DNA of 64,000 nt, taken from OCS155 cluster bacterium AG-426-D23. GTDB lineage: Bacteria; Actinomycetota; Acidimicrobiia; Actinomarinales; Actinomarinaceae. The DNA lies in assembly GCA_003213165.1 (NCBI GenBank), contig QCNO01000001.1:65152-129151 (forward strand), read 5' to 3'. This document shows positions 17,592 through 29,325 of the stretch, piece by piece (the first letter of the stretch is position 1; every line of letters starts with the position of its first letter). The position numbers were made by a program, and so were the translations under genes. The notes under the pieces are model-generated. The model was not told where the DNA came from. It was given only the letters and a program-made list of their open reading frames with translations, and did no database searches.

Positions 17592-19109
17592 ATGAGCGAT
17601 CTTAATATTGATGCTAAAGCGATATCAGATTCATTAAAGTCTACTCTTGGAGACTGGAAAGATTCTGTAAAAGATGACGTAGTTGGTTATGTATCAGCTA
17701 TTGCAGATGGTGTTGCAAGAGTAAAAGGTTTAGAAAATGTGATGGCATCTGAGCTACTCGAGTTCCCTGGAGGATTAGTCGGAGTTGCTCTTAACTTAGA
17801 AGAAGATTCAATTGGTGTTGTTTTAATGGGCGATTCCAATCATATTGAAGAAGGAAATCCTGTTAAGCAAACTGGCGAAGTGCTTTCTATTGGAGTTGGA
17901 GATGGATTTTTAGGAAGAGTTATCGATCCACTAGGAAACCCAATCGATGGCAAAGGTCCAATAGAGTTTACCGAAAGAAGACGTCTAGAGCTACAAGCAC
18001 CTTCTGTTGTTGAAAGACAACCTGTTGGAGAACCACTTCAAACTGGTATTAAAGCTATTGACTCCATGATTCCAATTGGAAGAGGCCAAAGAGAGCTCAT
18101 TATTGGTGATAGACAGATTGGAAAAACTGCTGTTGCTGTCGATACAATAATCAATCAAAAAGATACTGACGTAAAATGTATTTACGTTGCTATTGGTCAG
18201 AAATCATCAACAGTAGCTGAAGTTGTAGAGAGATTTGAACAAGAGGGAGTGCTAGATAAAGTTGTTATCGTTAACGCACCAGCTTCAGCAGCTGCAGCAT
18301 TGCAGATGTATGCTCCTTATGCTGGTTCAGCTATTGGTCAGCACTGGATGTATAATGGCGAACACGGTCTAATTGTTTTCGACGACTTATCCAAACAAGC
18401 AATTGCATATCGTCAGATTTCATTACTTCTAAGACGACCTCCTGGAAGAGAGGCATATCCTGGTGACGTTTTCTATCTTCACTCAAGGTTATTGGAACGT
18501 TGTGCAAAAGTAAGTGAAGAGCTTGGCGGAGGGTCACTAACTGGTCTCCCAATTATTGAGACAAAAGCTGGTGACGTTTCAGCATTTATTCCAACTAACG
18601 TGATTTCCATTACAGATGGCCAAATTTATTTGGAATCAGAACTCTTTTATTCTGGTGTAAGACCTGCTGTAAACCCTGGTACATCAGTATCAAGAGTTGG
18701 TGGTGCAGCTCAGACTAAGGCTATGAAAAAAGTTTCCGGTCCTTTAAGAATTAACCTTGCACAGTTTAGGGAGTTAGAGGCATTTGCTGAGTTCGGATCT
18801 GACTTAGATGCAGCATCTCAAGCACAGCTTGATAGAGGTAGAAGAGTTGTTGAGTTGTTAAAACAACCACAGTATCAACCAGTACCTATGGAAGAGCAAG
18901 TGGTTTCACTTTATGCAGTAACAGAGGGTTTTCTTGATGTAGTGGATCCAGCTGATATTCCACAAGCTGAGAAAGATTTGATTGACTTTGTAAAAACAAG
19001 ACATTCCGATGTGATTAATTCAATTAAAACAACTGGTGAATTGCCTGGAGAAGAATTAAAAGTTGCTGTCGAGGCTTTTGTAAGTACATTGGAGAAAAAA
19101 GAAGAGTAA
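17592..19109 (+). CDS. atpA: F0F1 ATP synthase subunit alpha
   Basis: Walker A GDRQIGKT, plus the [26 protein letters not shown] signature. Confidence 0.98.
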   Translation: MSDLNIDAKAISDSLKSTLGDWKDSVKDDVVGYVSAIADGVARVKGLENVMASELLEFPGGLVGVALNLEEDSIGVVLMGDSNHIEEGNPVKQTGEVLSIGVGDGFLGRVIDPLGNPIDGKGPIEFTERRRLELQAPSVVERQPVGEPLQTGIKAIDSMIPIGRGQRELIIGDRQIGKTAVAVDTIINQKDTDVKCIYVAIGQKSSTVAEVVERFEQEGVLDKVVIVNAPASAAAALQMYAPYAGSAIGQHWMYNGEHGLIVFDDLSKQAIAYRQISLLLRRPPGREAYPGDVFYLHSRLLERCAKVSEELGGGSLTGLPIIETKAGDVSAFIPTNVISITDGQIYLESELFYSGVRPAVNPGTSVSRVGGAAQTKAMKKVSGPLRINLAQFRELEAFAEFGSDLDAASQAQLDRGRRVVELLKQPQYQPVPMEEQVVSLYAVTEGFLDVVDPADIPQAEKDLIDFVKTRHSDVINSIKTTGELPGEELKVAVEAFVSTLEKKEE

Positions 19110-19112
19110 ATT

Positions 19113-19982
19113 ATGGCAAGTGCTGAATTACGAATCATAAATCGAAGAATTAAGAGTGTTAAATCCACTAAGAAGATAACACGTGCAATGGAACTTATCG
19201 CTTCTTCAAGAATTGTAAAAGCACAACAGAGACTTACCTCTTCAAACAATTACACAAACTTACTCGCTCAAATTGTTGAAGAACTTACAGGAAGTGGTGA
19301 AATGCCAACTTCTCCTGCGATTGAAGGAACAAAAAAGATAACACTTGTTGTTATTACTTCAGATCGTGGACTTGCAGGTGCGTATAACACCAACATTTTA
19401 AAACTTGCTGAGATAAGAAAAGCTGAGTATGAAAATCTAGGTAACCAAGTAGAGATTGTCACTGTAGGAAAGAAAGCTAATGGATATTTCAAGTATAGAA
19501 ATGTTGAACCTAAACAAAACTATGAGGGCATAACTGATGAACCAAATTTTGAAAATGCATTAGAAATTATGACGCCTTTAGTTCAAGAATTTTATGCGGG
19601 AAAAACTAACCAAATTGAACTTGTGTATACAGAATATCAGTCTGCGATGACACAAACAGCACTGTATAAAACTGTACTCCCATTTGAGGTAGAGCAAATT
19701 GCTAAAGAGGTCGAGTCAGTTGGAGCGTATACTTTTGAACCTTCTGCTAGCCAGGTGTTAAGTAATATTATTCCAAAATACACAAATGCAACAATATTTT
19801 CTGCATTACTCAATGCTTCAACATCAGAGCATGCAGCAAGAATGAGAGCTATGAAAGCAGCAACTGAGAATGCAGAGGAGTTAATTAAGATTTTATCACG
19901 TCAAAGTAATCAAGCTAGACAGGCTGAAATTACTACTGAGATTTCAGAAATTGTAGGTGGAGCGGAAGCTCTAGCAGGATAA
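19113..19982 (+). CDS. atpG: F0F1 ATP synthase subunit gamma
   Basis: N-terminal I.S.K.T.KIT.AMELIA and C-terminal ITTEI.EIVGGAEAL. Confidence 0.96.
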   Translation: MASAELRIINRRIKSVKSTKKITRAMELIASSRIVKAQQRLTSSNNYTNLLAQIVEELTGSGEMPTSPAIEGTKKITLVVITSDRGLAGAYNTNILKLAEIRKAEYENLGNQVEIVTVGKKANGYFKYRNVEPKQNYEGITDEPNFENALEIMTPLVQEFYAGKTNQIELVYTEYQSAMTQTALYKTVLPFEVEQIAKEVESVGAYTFEPSASQVLSNIIPKYTNATIFSALLNASTSEHAARMRAMKAATENAEELIKILSRQSNQARQAEITTEISEIVGGAEALAG

Positions 19983-19993
19983 GGAGAAAATAA

Positions 19994-21411
<1,418 letters not shown>

Positions 21412-21412
<1 letters not shown>

Positions 21413-21726
21413 TGTTTGTCGAGGTTGTCTCACCAGAGGAGAATTGTTTCTCAGGAGATGCAACTATGGTTATTTCAAGAACTCCAAATGGAGAAATAGG
21501 AATTCTTGAAGGTCATGAACAAACAGTTGCAACTTTAGTTCCAGGTGGGCTAACCATCGAACATGACAACACAAGAACAAGCTTTGCAATCTCCGGTGGA
21601 ATACTACAAATAACTGGAGAGAAAGTGATTGTTCTTGGTGAACTTGTTGAAAAGATTGATGGAGATCACGAAAAAGCTGTAGAAGTTGGTCAAGAATTAG
21701 CTAAAAAAGCCTTTCCAGAGGAATAA
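21412..21726 (+). CDS. atpC: F0F1 ATP synthase subunit epsilon (short form, 104 aa)
   Basis: The beta-sandwich region (GEIGILEGH...) is followed by only one short helix. TAATG junction with atpD. Confidence 0.9.
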
Positions 21727-22556
21727 TGTCGTCACTTCTAGCATTTCACGCTCACCCTGATGATGAGAGCGTCTCGACTGGAGTTACGCTAGCAAAATAT
21801 GCAGACGAAGGTCACAGAGTTGTAGTAGCTACTGCAACCGATGGTTCTGCTGGTGAAATTCATAACTACGATAATCCAGAAGAGCTTTTCCCTAAACTCG
21901 CTGAAATGAGAAGAAAAGAGTTAGAGGCAAGCCTTGAAGCTCTTGGTGTAAAAGAGTATGAGTGGATGGGTTTTAAAGATTCTGGAATGATGGGTACTAG
22001 TGAAAATGATGATCCAGATTGTTTCTGGAGACAGAACTATTTTGATCCTGTAGGAAAATTAGTCGACATAATTAGAAAATATAAACCTGATGCTTTAATC
22101 ACATATGACCCTTTTGGAGGTTATGGTCATCCAGATCATATTCAGACACATAGAATCGGAACCGCAGCCTTCTTTGCAGCTAGTGATTTAGATAAATTTC
22201 CTCTAAAAGATAGTCAAGAAGTATGGATTCCAAAGCGTTTGTATTACAGTGCCTGGTCTAAAAAAAGAATGCAATCTAGAAGACAACAGATGTTTGATGC
22301 TGGAATTATTTCAGAAGAAGAATTTAACAGATTTAACCCAATTGGTAGTGAACATGATGATATAGATGTTGAAGTTGATGGAACAAAGTATGTTGAACAT
22401 AAAATTAAATCGATGAAAGCTCATCGAAGTCAGTTTAAAGATGACTGGTGGGGTTTTAATATTCCAGATGAATTTAAAGAGGATTTTTTAGGATATGAAA
22501 ACTACATACTAGCTTTCAATAGAGGGTCTTGGTCTTCAGAAACAGATTTAATCTAA
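21726..22556 (+). CDS. PIG-L/LmbE-family N-acetylglucosaminyl deacetylase (MshB/Mca-like)
   Basis: AHPDDES zinc motif near the N-terminus and a downstream GHPDH motif. TAATG junction with atpC. Confidence 0.85.
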   Translation: MSSLLAFHAHPDDESVSTGVTLAKYADEGHRVVVATATDGSAGEIHNYDNPEELFPKLAEMRRKELEASLEALGVKEYEWMGFKDSGMMGTSENDDPDCFWRQNYFDPVGKLVDIIRKYKPDALITYDPFGGYGHPDHIQTHRIGTAAFFAASDLDKFPLKDSQEVWIPKRLYYSAWSKKRMQSRRQQMFDAGIISEEEFNRFNPIGSEHDDIDVEVDGTKYVEHKIKSMKAHRSQFKDDWWGFNIPDEFKEDFLGYENYILAFNRGSWSSETDLI

Positions 22557-22585
22557 AAAAAGTCATTAACTTAACGTATATTTTT

Positions 22586-22607
22586 TGTTTACTTTGTGTT
22601 TACCTGT
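22586..22607 (+). promoter_or_regulatory. Candidate Pho box: two 11-nt direct repeats, TGTTTACTTTG and TGTTTACCTGT
   Basis: TGTTTAC occurs at 22586 and again at 22597, exactly 11 nt apart, about 55-70 nt upstream of the pstS ATG. It resembles AT-shifted actinobacterial PhoP repeat units (GTTCAYYYRSG). Confidence 0.5.
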
Positions 22608-22658
22608 CATGAATATCTTGGAACCAGTTAATTTAATTAAATTAAAGAAAGGAAATCC

Positions 22659-24512
22659 ATGATTAGATCAAAATCTAAATTCTGGTCTTTGCTTCTTGTG
22701 ATGGTACTTGTCCTTGCTGCCTGTGGTGGTGGTAGCGACGATGCTGCTGAAGAAACTGAAGAATCAGGCGGAGAAGAGTCAGTTACTCAAACAACTGCTG
22801 CATCTTCTTCCGGTGGATCATCAAGTTCAGACTCAGGTCTGACTGGTGAAATCTTAATCGATGGATCTTCAACCGTGTTCCCTATAACACAAGCTGTAGC
22901 TGAAGAATTTACAGCTGTTAACCCAGGTGTTCAAATATCTGTTGGTGTTTCAGGAACTGGTGGAGGATTCAAGAAATTTTGTCCTGGAGAAACAGATATA
23001 TCTGATGCTTCAAGACCTATTAAAGCCAAAGAGAGAGATCTCTGTGCAGAAAATGGTACTACATACACTGAACTTCAAGTTGGTGTAGACGCACTTTCAG
23101 TTGTTGTTCCAACATCAAATGATTTTGCAACATGTCTAACAACTGAAGAGTTAGGTGCTATATGGGGTGCAGACAGCACAGTTTCAAATTGGAATCAAGT
23201 TAGAAGCTCTTTCCCAGATGTTGCACTTGACCTTTATGGTCCTGGTACTGACTCTGGAACTTTTGACTTCTTCAATGAAGAAATTACTGAAGACTTGGGC
23301 GGTAGCCGTTCCGACTACACAGCATCCGAAGATGACAACGTTCTTGTGAACGGTGTATCTGGATCAGCTGGTGGTTTAGGATACTTTGGACTCGCATATT
23401 ATGAAGAGAACAAAGACAAGCTTACTGCTGTTCAAGTAGATGCTGGAGATGGATGTGTTGGTCCAGAAGGTGCCTTTACTGGTACATACGGACTTGCAAG
23501 ACCATTATTTATTTATGTAAATGATGCAAAAGCAAATGATCCAGTCATCAAAGCTTTTGTCGATTTCTACTTTGACTCATTAGATCCAATTGTAGAAGCT
23601 GTTGGTTACATTCCAATGTTGCCAGACGCTGCTGCAAGACAATTAGAGTATTGGCAAGTTGTTACAGGAAAACCACTGTCTGGTGAAATCTTAATTGATG
23701 GTTCATCAACTGTTTTCCCTATTACCCAGGCTGTAGCAGAAGAGTTCACAGCAGTGCATCCTAATGTCAACATTTCTGTTGGTGTTTCAGGAACTGGTGG
23801 AGGATTCAAAAAATTCTGCCCTGGTGAAACAATGATTTCAGATGCTTCTCGTCCAATCAAAGACAAAGAGAAAGCATTATGTGAAGAAAACGGAGTTAAC
23901 TATTTAGAAGTACAAGTAGGTATTGATGCACTTTCAGTTGTTGTTCCAACATCAAATGACTGGGCTACATGTCTTACAACTGCTGAACTTACTTCAATTT
24001 GGGGTGCAGACAGCACTATTTCAAACTGGAGCCAAGTAAGAGCAGGCTTCCCAGACGTAGCACTTGACCTTTATGGTCCTGGTACTGACTCTGGAACTTT
24101 TGACTTCTTCAATGAAGAGTTAACAGAAGATAATGGCGGTAGTCGTTCCGACTACACAGCATCCGAAGATGACAACGTTCTTGTGAACGGTGTATCTGGA
24201 TCAGCTGGTGGTTTAGGATACTTTGGACTCGCATATTATGAAGAGAACAAAGACAAGCTTACTGCTGTTCAAGTAGATGCTGGAGATGGGTGTCAACCAC
24301 CTGAAGCAGCATTTGAAGGAAATTATTTCTTAGCAAGACCACTTTTCATCTATATAGCTGAGTCTGCAAAAGGAATGTCTGCAGTTAGAGAATTCGTCGA
24401 TTTCTACTTTGTAGCTATGGACGCGATTGTACCTGCAGTAGGTTATGTACCTATGTTAGCTGAACAAAAAATGGCATCATTAATGTCATGGTCAGCATTT
24501 AGTAGGGGATAG
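22659..24512 (+). CDS. pstS: Phosphate ABC transporter substrate-binding lipoprotein with two tandem full-length PstS domains
   Basis: Lipobox LVLAAC and a Ser/Gly/Glu linker. Domain 1 (aa 63-341) and domain 2 (aa 342-617) both begin [25 protein letters not shown]...[23 protein letters not shown]. Confidence 0.93.
   Translation: MIRSKSKFWSLLLVMVLVLAACGGGSDDAAEETEESGGEESVTQTTAASSSGGSSSSDSGLTGEILIDGSSTVFPITQAVAEEFTAVNPGVQISVGVSGTGGGFKKFCPGETDISDASRPIKAKERDLCAENGTTYTELQVGVDALSVVVPTSNDFATCLTTEELGAIWGADSTVSNWNQVRSSFPDVALDLYGPGTDSGTFDFFNEEITEDLGGSRSDYTASEDDNVLVNGVSGSAGGLGYFGLAYYEENKDKLTAVQVDAGDGCVGPEGAFTGTYGLARPLFIYVNDAKANDPVIKAFVDFYFDSLDPIVEAVGYIPMLPDAAARQLEYWQVVTGKPLSGEILIDGSSTVFPITQAVAEEFTAVHPNVNISVGVSGTGGGFKKFCPGETMISDASRPIKDKEKALCEENGVNYLEVQVGIDALSVVVPTSNDWATCLTTAELTSIWGADSTISNWSQVRAGFPDVALDLYGPGTDSGTFDFFNEELTEDNGGSRSDYTASEDDNVLVNGVSGSAGGLGYFGLAYYEENKDKLTAVQVDAGDGCQPPEAAFEGNYFLARPLFIYIAESAKGMSAVREFVDFYFVAMDAIVPAVGYVPMLAEQKMASLMSWSAFSRG
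22845..24509 (+). repeat. Intragenic tandem duplication, 2 x ~837 nt, forming the two PstS domains
   Basis: The offset is exactly 837 nt. Perfectly identical blocks 23224..23281 = 24061..24118 (58 nt) and 23307..23452 = 24144..24289 (146 nt) are embedded in clearly diverged sequence. Confidence 0.95.
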
Positions 24513-24535
24513 TCACTTTAATTAAAAAATAGTAA

Positions 24536-24563
24536 TTTGTGAGGGCAGAATTGCCCTCACAAA
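24536..24563 (+). terminator. Intercistronic hairpin between pstS and pstC (partial terminator or mRNA stabiliser)
   Basis: Perfect 12-bp inverted repeat TTTGTGAGGGCA-gaat-TGCCCTCACAAA located 24 nt after the pstS stop. There is no strong downstream T-tract. Confidence 0.6.
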
Positions 24564-24584
24564 CTACAATAAAAATATCAAATT

Positions 24585-25514
24585 ATGGAAAATGTAAACA
24601 ACCTTCGTAGCCAACTTACGAAAACGATTACACGTCCTATTGAAAAAATTGTAAAATTATTTATTACAGCCTCTGCATTTGCCGCAATACTTATATCCAT
24701 CTCAATTATTTTCACATTATTAACTGAAGCTATTAATTTTTTTCAAGATCCAGCAGTAACTTTTAAAGGGTATTTCACTGCAACTAGGTGGACTCCTACT
24801 TTCCAAAATCCCGAATACGGTGTTATTGTTTTGATTTCCTCAACTCTCTACATAGCTGTTATTGCTTGTCTCATTTCTTTTCCTTTAGGGTTATTTTCAG
24901 CTATATATTTATCTGAATTTGCAACAAGAAGAACTAGAAAAGTAATCAAACCAGTCTTAGAAGTATTAGCAGGTGTTCCTACAGTAGTATTTGGTTACTT
25001 CGCACTTAACTGGATTACTCCGAATATAATCCAGAGATTTATTCCTGGTACGGGAGTATTTAATGCTTTGTCTGCTGGTATCGCTGTTGGTATCATGATA
25101 ATTCCTACAGTCGCCTCTATCTCTGATGACGCTCTCAATGCGGTTCCAAATTCTTTGAGAAATGGGTCATTAGCACTTGGTGCTACTAGAAGAATTACAT
25201 CACTTAAAATTATGTTTCCTGCAGCTCTGTCAGGAATTATTGCTTCGTTTATATTAGGTTTTTCAAGGGCTATAGGCGAGACAATGATTGTGACCATTGC
25301 AGGAGGGCAGTATCCTGAATTAAATTTAGATCCTAGAAGTGCAATGTACACGATAACTTCTTCAATAGTAAATGTATCCCTTGGTGACACACCTCATGGC
25401 ACTACGGCTTATAATGCTTTATTCGCACTTGGTATAACTTTATTTATTATGACTTTTATTTTGAATATAGGTTCTGATTATGTTGCCAGAAAGTATAGAA
25501 AAGAATATGAGTAA
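24585..25514 (+). CDS. pstC: Phosphate ABC transporter permease PstC
   Basis: Six-TM permease with the EAA-like loop (SLALGATRR.T..KI..P) directly after pstS. Confidence 0.94.
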   Translation: MENVNNLRSQLTKTITRPIEKIVKLFITASAFAAILISISIIFTLLTEAINFFQDPAVTFKGYFTATRWTPTFQNPEYGVIVLISSTLYIAVIACLISFPLGLFSAIYLSEFATRRTRKVIKPVLEVLAGVPTVVFGYFALNWITPNIIQRFIPGTGVFNALSAGIAVGIMIIPTVASISDDALNAVPNSLRNGSLALGATRRITSLKIMFPAALSGIIASFILGFSRAIGETMIVTIAGGQYPELNLDPRSAMYTITSSIVNVSLGDTPHGTTAYNALFALGITLFIMTFILNIGSDYVARKYRKEYE

Positions 25515-26427
25515 CGAAACACTTATAACCGGCAAGAAAGCTGAAAATGCTATCAAAGAAAGTTTATTCCTCTTTACATTATATATATGTGTAACGATTG
25601 CTATTTTAACTTTGATGACCTTAATCTATGATGTTCTTTCAACTGGAATTACAAGATTGACATCAGACTACGAAGTTGGCCTCATTACAAAAATACAAAT
25701 TGATAATCCTGTAGACTTTTTAACAACATTAGACTCACGATATCCAGATAGAGCTGGTATCGGCCCCGCTTTTGCTGGGACAGTATGGCTTATGATAATA
25801 GTTGTTTTTGTAACATTTCCTTTTGGTACAGGAGCGGCAATATATCTTCAAGAATTTGCCCCAAAAAATAGATTAACAAGGTTTATTGAATTAAATTTAA
25901 CTAACTTAGCAGGAGTCCCTTCTGTTATTTATGGTCTACTAGGGCTCGCGGTGTTTGTACGTTTAGCTGGATTTGGAAGATCTGTTCTTTCAGGTGGGTT
26001 AACATTAACGTTACTAATTCTTCCAGTTGTCATTGTGGCATCTAGAGAGGCTCTTAAGGCTGTTCCAGACACAATACGCCAGGGTGCTTTAGCACTTGGA
26101 GCTACCAAATTTCAGGCAGTTTTTAGACAGGTTGTACCTTCTGCAATTCCAGGAATGGTAACTGGGATGGTCCTCGGACTCTCCCGAGCAATTGGAGAGA
26201 CTGCTCCATTAATTTTTATGGGTGCTTTGACTTATGTTAATTATTTTCCTGATACCCCTTTAAGTGGTTTTACTGCTATTCCAATCCAAGTCTATAACTG
26301 GATTGGATATCCTCAGGCTGAATGGAAGGAAACAGCTTCAGCTGGAATCATCTTACTTTTGGGTTTATTATTAATCATGAACTCATTAGCAATATTTATT
26401 AGAAACAGATACGAGAAGGATTTATAG
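25480..26427 (+). CDS. pstA: Phosphate ABC transporter permease PstA
   Basis: Permease with REALKAVPD..RQGALALGATKFQ. An alternative start is the ATG at 25507, which overlaps the pstC stop. Confidence 0.94.
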   Translation: MLPESIEKNMSNETLITGKKAENAIKESLFLFTLYICVTIAILTLMTLIYDVLSTGITRLTSDYEVGLITKIQIDNPVDFLTTLDSRYPDRAGIGPAFAGTVWLMIIVVFVTFPFGTGAAIYLQEFAPKNRLTRFIELNLTNLAGVPSVIYGLLGLAVFVRLAGFGRSVLSGGLTLTLLILPVVIVASREALKAVPDTIRQGALALGATKFQAVFRQVVPSAIPGMVTGMVLGLSRAIGETAPLIFMGALTYVNYFPDTPLSGFTAIPIQVYNWIGYPQAEWKETASAGIILLLGLLLIMNSLAIFIRNRYEKDL

Positions 26428-26451
26428 TGATATTTATAAAGGAGCAAAATA

Positions 26452-27261
26452 GTGGAAACTAAAGAAACAGTTCAGGTCAATAACGAAAGCGTATTTAATG
26501 TATCAGACCTATCTGTAAGTTACGGAGACTTTGTCGCAATCAAAAATGTAAATATGGATATTACTAAAAACAAAATCACTGCTTTTATTGGGCCCTCAGG
26601 TTGTGGAAAAAGCACATTAATAAGGACATTTAACAGGATGAATGATCTTATATTAGGTGCAAAAGTTAATGGAACAATAACATATCAGGGAGTTGATTTA
26701 TACGACAAAATGGTTGACCCAGTTCAGGTCAGAAGAAGAATTGGAATGGTTTTTCAAAAACCTAATCCATTCCCAAAAACTATAAAAGAGAATATTACTT
26801 TTGGACTTAAAGTTAACAACATGACTGATAACATGGATGATCGAGTTGAGAAAGCATTAACTCAAGCAGCATTATGGGATGAAGTTAAGGATGATTTAGA
26901 CAAAAATGCATTAGAACTATCTGGTGGCCAACAACAAAGATTATGCATTGCCAGGACAATTGCAGTTGAGCCAGATACAATTTTAATGGATGAGCCTTGC
27001 TCTGCATTAGACCCTGTAGCAACAAAAAAAATAGAAGACCTCATGCAAGAGCTTGTAAAAGAATTCTCAATACTTATTGTCACACACAACATGCAGCAAG
27101 CCTCTAGATCTTCTGATTACTGCGCATTTTTTACAACGAAAACCTCTGATGATGGAAAAAGAAGAACTGGAGAATTAGTTGAGTTCAATGAAACAAGTGT
27201 TATGTTTACTACTCCTGATAAGGAGTTAACAGAACAATATATATCAGGCAGGTTCGGATGA
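26452..27261 (+). CDS. pstB: Phosphate ABC transporter ATP-binding protein PstB
   Basis: Walker [10 protein letters not shown], signature LSGGQQQRL and Walker B ILMDEP. GTG start with an AAGGAG RBS. Confidence 0.97.
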   Translation: METKETVQVNNESVFNVSDLSVSYGDFVAIKNVNMDITKNKITAFIGPSGCGKSTLIRTFNRMNDLILGAKVNGTITYQGVDLYDKMVDPVQVRRRIGMVFQKPNPFPKTIKENITFGLKVNNMTDNMDDRVEKALTQAALWDEVKDDLDKNALELSGGQQQRLCIARTIAVEPDTILMDEPCSALDPVATKKIEDLMQELVKEFSILIVTHNMQQASRSSDYCAFFTTKTSDDGKRRTGELVEFNETSVMFTTPDKELTEQYISGRFG

Positions 27262-27899
27262 GTTTACAGGAAAAGATTGAAAACCTTGAAACAGATCTAC
27301 ATTTAATGGGCAGGCTTGTTTTAGATGCTCTAGTAGATGGCGTTAGGGCTTTAGAGGATAAAGACGTTAATAGAGCAATAGCAACAATAGAAAAAGATGA
27401 TGAAATCGATGCGGCTTACCTTAAAATTGACCAAGACTGGGTTGAGCTTATGGCCACAGAGCAACTTGTAGCAACAGACTTAAGACTTTCTACATCTATT
27501 TTGCAAGCAAGTTTACACTTAGAGCGCCTTGGTGATTTGGCTGTTTATCTTGGAAATACAACAAAAGAAATTTTTGATTCACCAGTACCAGAGACAATAC
27601 ATGCAACTGTAGTAGAAATGGGGGATTTAGTAATTGATATGGCTTCCTCCGCAATGGAAAGTTTAAAAAATAGGGATAAAGACCTAGCTTTAGCAACAGC
27701 CGAAAAAGATAATCAGGTAAATAGACTATATAATTCAATGCTAGAAGAAGCACCAAAAATAGCTGGGAATGAAGATTTATTCAATGGATTATTCAGGCTT
27801 GTTACTTGTATAAGGACATTAGAGAGAGGTGGCGATCACGCAGTTGATATTTGTGAGTTAACACACTTTTTAGTAACCGGAGAATTTAAAGAATTTTAA
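27258..27899 (+). CDS. phoU: Phosphate signalling complex protein PhoU
   Basis: Two PhoU repeats with the E(R)xGD motifs LERLGDLAV and [14 protein letters not shown] overlap with pstB. Confidence 0.93.
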   Translation: MSLQEKIENLETDLHLMGRLVLDALVDGVRALEDKDVNRAIATIEKDDEIDAAYLKIDQDWVELMATEQLVATDLRLSTSILQASLHLERLGDLAVYLGNTTKEIFDSPVPETIHATVVEMGDLVIDMASSAMESLKNRDKDLALATAEKDNQVNRLYNSMLEEAPKIAGNEDLFNGLFRLVTCIRTLERGGDHAVDICELTHFLVTGEFKEF

Positions 27900-28591
27900 T
27901 GTCAGGCAAAATTTTATTAGTCGAAGATGAACACAGTATTGCCGATCCCGTAATTTACAATTTAAAACAAGAAGGTTTTTTTGTAACACATGTTGATGAA
28001 GGACCTATTGCTCTTGAAATATTCAGTGAAGAATCATTTGATTTAATTATTTTAGATTTAATGCTTCCAGAAATTTCAGGATTAGATATATGTAGGTCTA
28101 TTAGAAAAGAATCTGATGTGCCAATAATAATGGTTACCGCAAAAGACAGTGAAGCAGACAGAGTTTCAGGTCTAGAGCTAGGGGCTGATGATTATGTTAC
28201 TAAGCCTTTTTCTGTAAGAGAATTGATGAGCAGAGTTAGAGCTGTATTACGAAGAACAACAACAACAAAAACAAATAAGAATGATAAATCTATTAAATCT
28301 GGAAATATTGAAATTAATTTATCAAAGTATGAGGCTAAAGTAGATGATAAAAATATTGATTTAACACCAAGAGAATTTGAGCTCCTATATGCTTTTTGTG
28401 AAAATGAAGGTAATTTAATGTCTAGAGAGCAAATTTTCGATGAGATATGGGGCTATTCTTTTATTGGTAATACAAAAACACTTGATGTTCATATTCAAAG
28501 AATTAGAGAAAAAATTGAAAAAGATCCTAGAGAACCTAAAAGACTTATAACTGTTAGGGGCGTCGGATATAAATTAGTTACAGATGGATAA
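27899..28591 (+). CDS. OmpR/PhoB-family response regulator (PhoP/RegX3-like)
   Basis: Receiver domain (LLVEDE...ILDLMLP...KPF) plus a winged-helix output domain (LTPREFELL...RGVGYKL). TAATG junction with phoU. Confidence 0.92.
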   Translation: MSGKILLVEDEHSIADPVIYNLKQEGFFVTHVDEGPIALEIFSEESFDLIILDLMLPEISGLDICRSIRKESDVPIIMVTAKDSEADRVSGLELGADDYVTKPFSVRELMSRVRAVLRRTTTTKTNKNDKSIKSGNIEINLSKYEAKVDDKNIDLTPREFELLYAFCENEGNLMSREQIFDEIWGYSFIGNTKTLDVHIQRIREKIEKDPREPKRLITVRGVGYKLVTDG

Positions 28592-29273
28592 CAATTCTCA
28601 TAATATTGATAAATTAAAACAAGAATTTATTGCTAATGCATCTCATGAACTTAAAACTCCTGTTACTTCAATCCAACTGGCTGTTGAAACAGCTATAACT
28701 GCTTTAGAAAATTCAGAACTCGAAGATACAAGAAAATTTTTAAATCAAATTCTTAAAGATAGTCAAAGAATGACTTTGTTGCTTTCTGATTTACTAGACC
28801 TTTCTCAGCTTGAGGTCAACGATCCTGTAAAAGAAACAGTCAATTTGAAAAAGATAATTGAAGCTGAGATAGGATTTCTTTCTGAAGAAAATAAAAAAAG
28901 AGTGAATTTTGAATCTGCAGATATCGATTTTTTAATAGATCCAGATGATTTTTCAATGATTGTAAGGAATCTGTTGAGAAATGCCTGTAATTATTCTGAG
29001 CAAAACGAAAAAATTATTATAAATTTACTTCTTGATAATTCTGAAGTAATTCTATCTGTTTTAGATAAAGGAAGAGGCATTGCAATATCTGATCAAGAAA
29101 GGATATTTGAGAGATTTTATAGAGTTGATAAAGGAAGGTCTAGAGCTTTAGGCGGAACAGGAATTGGCTTATCTTTAGTTAAACATGCTGTAGAAAGAAA
29201 TAATGGTGATATCCAGCTAGAAAGTAAACTTGGAGAAGGTTCTGAGTTTGTAGTTAAATTTTTTAAAACTTAG
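28584..29273 (+). CDS. Minimal histidine kinase (DHp + catalytic ATPase domains only; no TM or sensor domain)
   Basis: The H-box FIANASHELKTP starts at aa ~15. N box LLRNACNYS; G boxes DKGRGI and GGTGIGLS. Only 229 aa. Overlaps the response-regulator gene by 8 nt. Confidence 0.88.
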   Translation: MDNNSHNIDKLKQEFIANASHELKTPVTSIQLAVETAITALENSELEDTRKFLNQILKDSQRMTLLLSDLLDLSQLEVNDPVKETVNLKKIIEAEIGFLSEENKKRVNFESADIDFLIDPDDFSMIVRNLLRNACNYSEQNEKIIINLLLDNSEVILSVLDKGRGIAISDQERIFERFYRVDKGRSRALGGTGIGLSLVKHAVERNNGDIQLESKLGEGSEFVVKFFKT

Positions 29274-29325
29274 TTCTTTAACAAAAATTTACTTTCCTAT
29301 AGCTAAAGTTTACACTCTACAAACT

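Noticed and set aside
22845-24509. The tandem PstS domains as an assembly artefact (collapsed or duplicated repeat)
   Set aside because: The two copies differ at many positions and remain in frame, with a clean domain junction (…KPLS|GEILIDG…). A mis-assembly would give identical copies or a broken frame.
24995-25390. 131-aa minus-strand ORF opposite pstC. Similar antisense ORFs occur at 16285..16629 (atpE/atpF), 18911..19249 (atpA/atpG), 5198..5542, 61760..62140 and 36380..36676.
   Set aside because: Each overlaps a confidently identified gene on the other strand and has no recognisable motifs, so I treat them as non-coding shadows.
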